Shown here: positions 55,176 to 56,381 of the stretch, piece after piece
Layout: the number at the start of each line of letters is the position of its first letter
Numbering within the stretch: the first letter of the stretch is position 1
Assembly (NCBI GenBank): GCA_029226085.1
Contig: JAQXXN010000006.1
Location: 1 to 56,381, forward strand
DNA length: 56,381 bases
Direction of reading: 5' to 3'
From: Thermoflexaceae bacterium
Lineage (GTDB): Bacteria; Bacillota; Clostridia; Lachnospirales; Lachnospiraceae
Program-made: the position numbers and the translations under genes
The notes under the pieces: generated by a model
The model's input: only the letters and a program-made list of their open reading frames with translations
Told to the model about the DNA's origin: nothing
Databases searched by the model: none

Positions 55176-56276
55176 TTATCCCAATTCCTTTTCCACAAGA
55201 AGCAGGGATGCTGCAATTGTTTTATCCATGTCATAATACTTATAGCCGCCGAGTCTTCCTCCGAAAATAACTTTATTTTCTTTCTCAGCCAGCTCCCGGT
55301 ATTTCTCATACAGGGTATTATTCTTATCATCATTAACCGGATAATATGGCTCATCACCCTGATGCCATTCACTGGAATATTCCCTGGAAATGATAGTTAC
55401 CGGCTGAGTACCGAATTCAAAATGCTTATGTTCAATAATTCTTGTATAAGGTACCTCACGTTCCGTATAATTTACCACTGCATTTCCCTGATAATTTTCA
55501 CAATCCAGCTTCTCCGTCTCAAACCTGACCGAACGATATTCCAGTACCCCTAATTTATAATCATAATATTGGTCAATCATTCCGGTATACACTATCTTAT
55601 CTGCTACATTTACAAGCTCTTCCTTATTGGCAAGAAAGTCTGTATTAAGCCTGACCTCAATGCCCTCCAGCAATTTTTCAACAATCTTTGTATATCCTCC
55701 AATCGGAATTCCCTGATAACGGTCATTAAAGTAATTATTATTATAGGTAAACCGGAAAGGCAGTCTCTTAATGATAAACGCCGGAAGGTCTTTGCAATCC
55801 CTGCCCCATTGCTTTTCGGTGTAGCCTTTAATCAATTTTTCATATACATCCTTACCCGCAAGCGAAAGCGCCTGTTCCTCCAGATTAGATGGCTCCTCTA
55901 CATAATACTGCTTCTTTTGCTCCTCAATAATCTTCATTGCCTCGGCAGGTGTCTTAATTCCCCACATTTTGCTAAATGTATTCATATTAAACGGAAGATT
56001 ATATAATTCATCTTTATAAATTGCGATCGGAGAGTTTACATAATTATTAAACTCTGCAAACTGATTAACATAATTCCAAACCTTTGTATCCGATGTATGA
56101 AAAATATGTGCTCCATATTTATGCACATTAATTCCATCCACATTTTCCGTATAAATATTACCCGCAATATGATTTCTTTTATCAATGACCAATACCTTTT
56201 TTCCTCTTTTATTGGCCTCATATGCAAATACTGCTCCGAAAATGCCTGCACCTACTACTAAATAATCATATTTCAT
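55176..56276 (-). CDS. glf: UDP-galactopyranose mutase
   Basis: Start at ATG 56276 (MKYDYLVVGAGIFGAVFA, FAD-binding fold) after AAGGTGGAG. Length is about 366 aa, with a YYPVND...FGGRLGGYKYYDMD C-terminal signature. Confidence 0.9.
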   Translation of the reverse strand: MKYDYLVVGAGIFGAVFAYEANKRGKKVLVIDKRNHIAGNIYTENVDGINVHKYGAHIFHTSDTKVWNYVNQFAEFNNYVNSPIAIYKDELYNLPFNMNTFSKMWGIKTPAEAMKIIEEQKKQYYVEEPSNLEEQALSLAGKDVYEKLIKGYTEKQWGRDCKDLPAFIIKRLPFRFTYNNNYFNDRYQGIPIGGYTKIVEKLLEGIEVRLNTDFLANKEELVNVADKIVYTGMIDQYYDYKLGVLEYRSVRFETEKLDCENYQGNAVVNYTEREVPYTRIIEHKHFEFGTQPVTIISREYSSEWHQGDEPYYPVNDDKNNTLYEKYRELAEKENKVIFGGRLGGYKYYDMDKTIAASLLLVEKELG

Positions 56277-56381
56277 TGATTTTTTCTCCACCTTCCATCT
56301 TACCCTTACCATTGTCAAATACATTCTTACAAAAAGGAGCTACGTGCAAATTTCTCATGCCGCCAACTCCTTTTCATTTTT

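Noticed and set aside
56330-56381. Short ATG-initiated frame (about 30 codons) upstream of glf at the window edge
   Set aside because: It overlaps the glf SD and start in another frame and runs into the window edge, so it cannot be evaluated.

Overview
This window looks like low-GC Clostridia chromosome, probably Lachnospiraceae-like, and is mostly housekeeping genes. About two thirds of the genes are on the minus strand. From 30.8 to 45.5 kb it keeps the Bacillus/Clostridium order pth-mfd-spoVT-mazG-hup-yabO-yabP-yabQ-divIC-tRNA(Met)-spoIIE-tilS-hpt-ftsH. A diguanylate cyclase plus an AEC transporter are inserted between mfd and spoVT. Other content includes mutS2, a two-component system, trmL, nth, cdd, kdgK, ridA, a Re-citrate-synthase-like enzyme with a divergent LysR regulator, ldh and a GH13 amylase. 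I found five tRNAs: Gly-GCC, Phe-GAA, Leu-UAA, Tyr-GUA and Met-CAU. A cell-envelope sugar block (glmU-like, galE, glmM, glf) is also present. I saw no rRNA, CRISPR array, transposase or integrase. The most interesting region is the accessory patch at 48.9-55.2 kb inside the envelope-sugar locus. It holds a compact three-gene operon that reads as a toxin-antitoxin-chaperone (TAC-like) module: a Gp49/HigB-like toxin, an XRE antitoxin with a C-terminal tail, and a SecB-like chaperone. A promoter with an embedded perfect palindrome sits upstream, and the module is flanked by gene debris, a large uncharacterised polytopic membrane protein and a transglutaminase/cell-wall-binding-repeat surface protein. 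The second notable signal is two paralogous non-coding intergenic elements (20.9-21.3 kb and 24.3-24.7 kb). They are built from variable numbers of roughly 63-bp hairpin modules (GGCATAG...CTATGCC), and a GC-rich tandem duplication lies next to one of them. Several proteins look truncated or catalytically degenerate: SpoIIE lacks its membrane domain, GlmU lacks its acetyltransferase half, and an HtrA-like and an SGNH-like protein have substituted catalytic residues. All functional calls come from reading motifs by eye. No database search was run.
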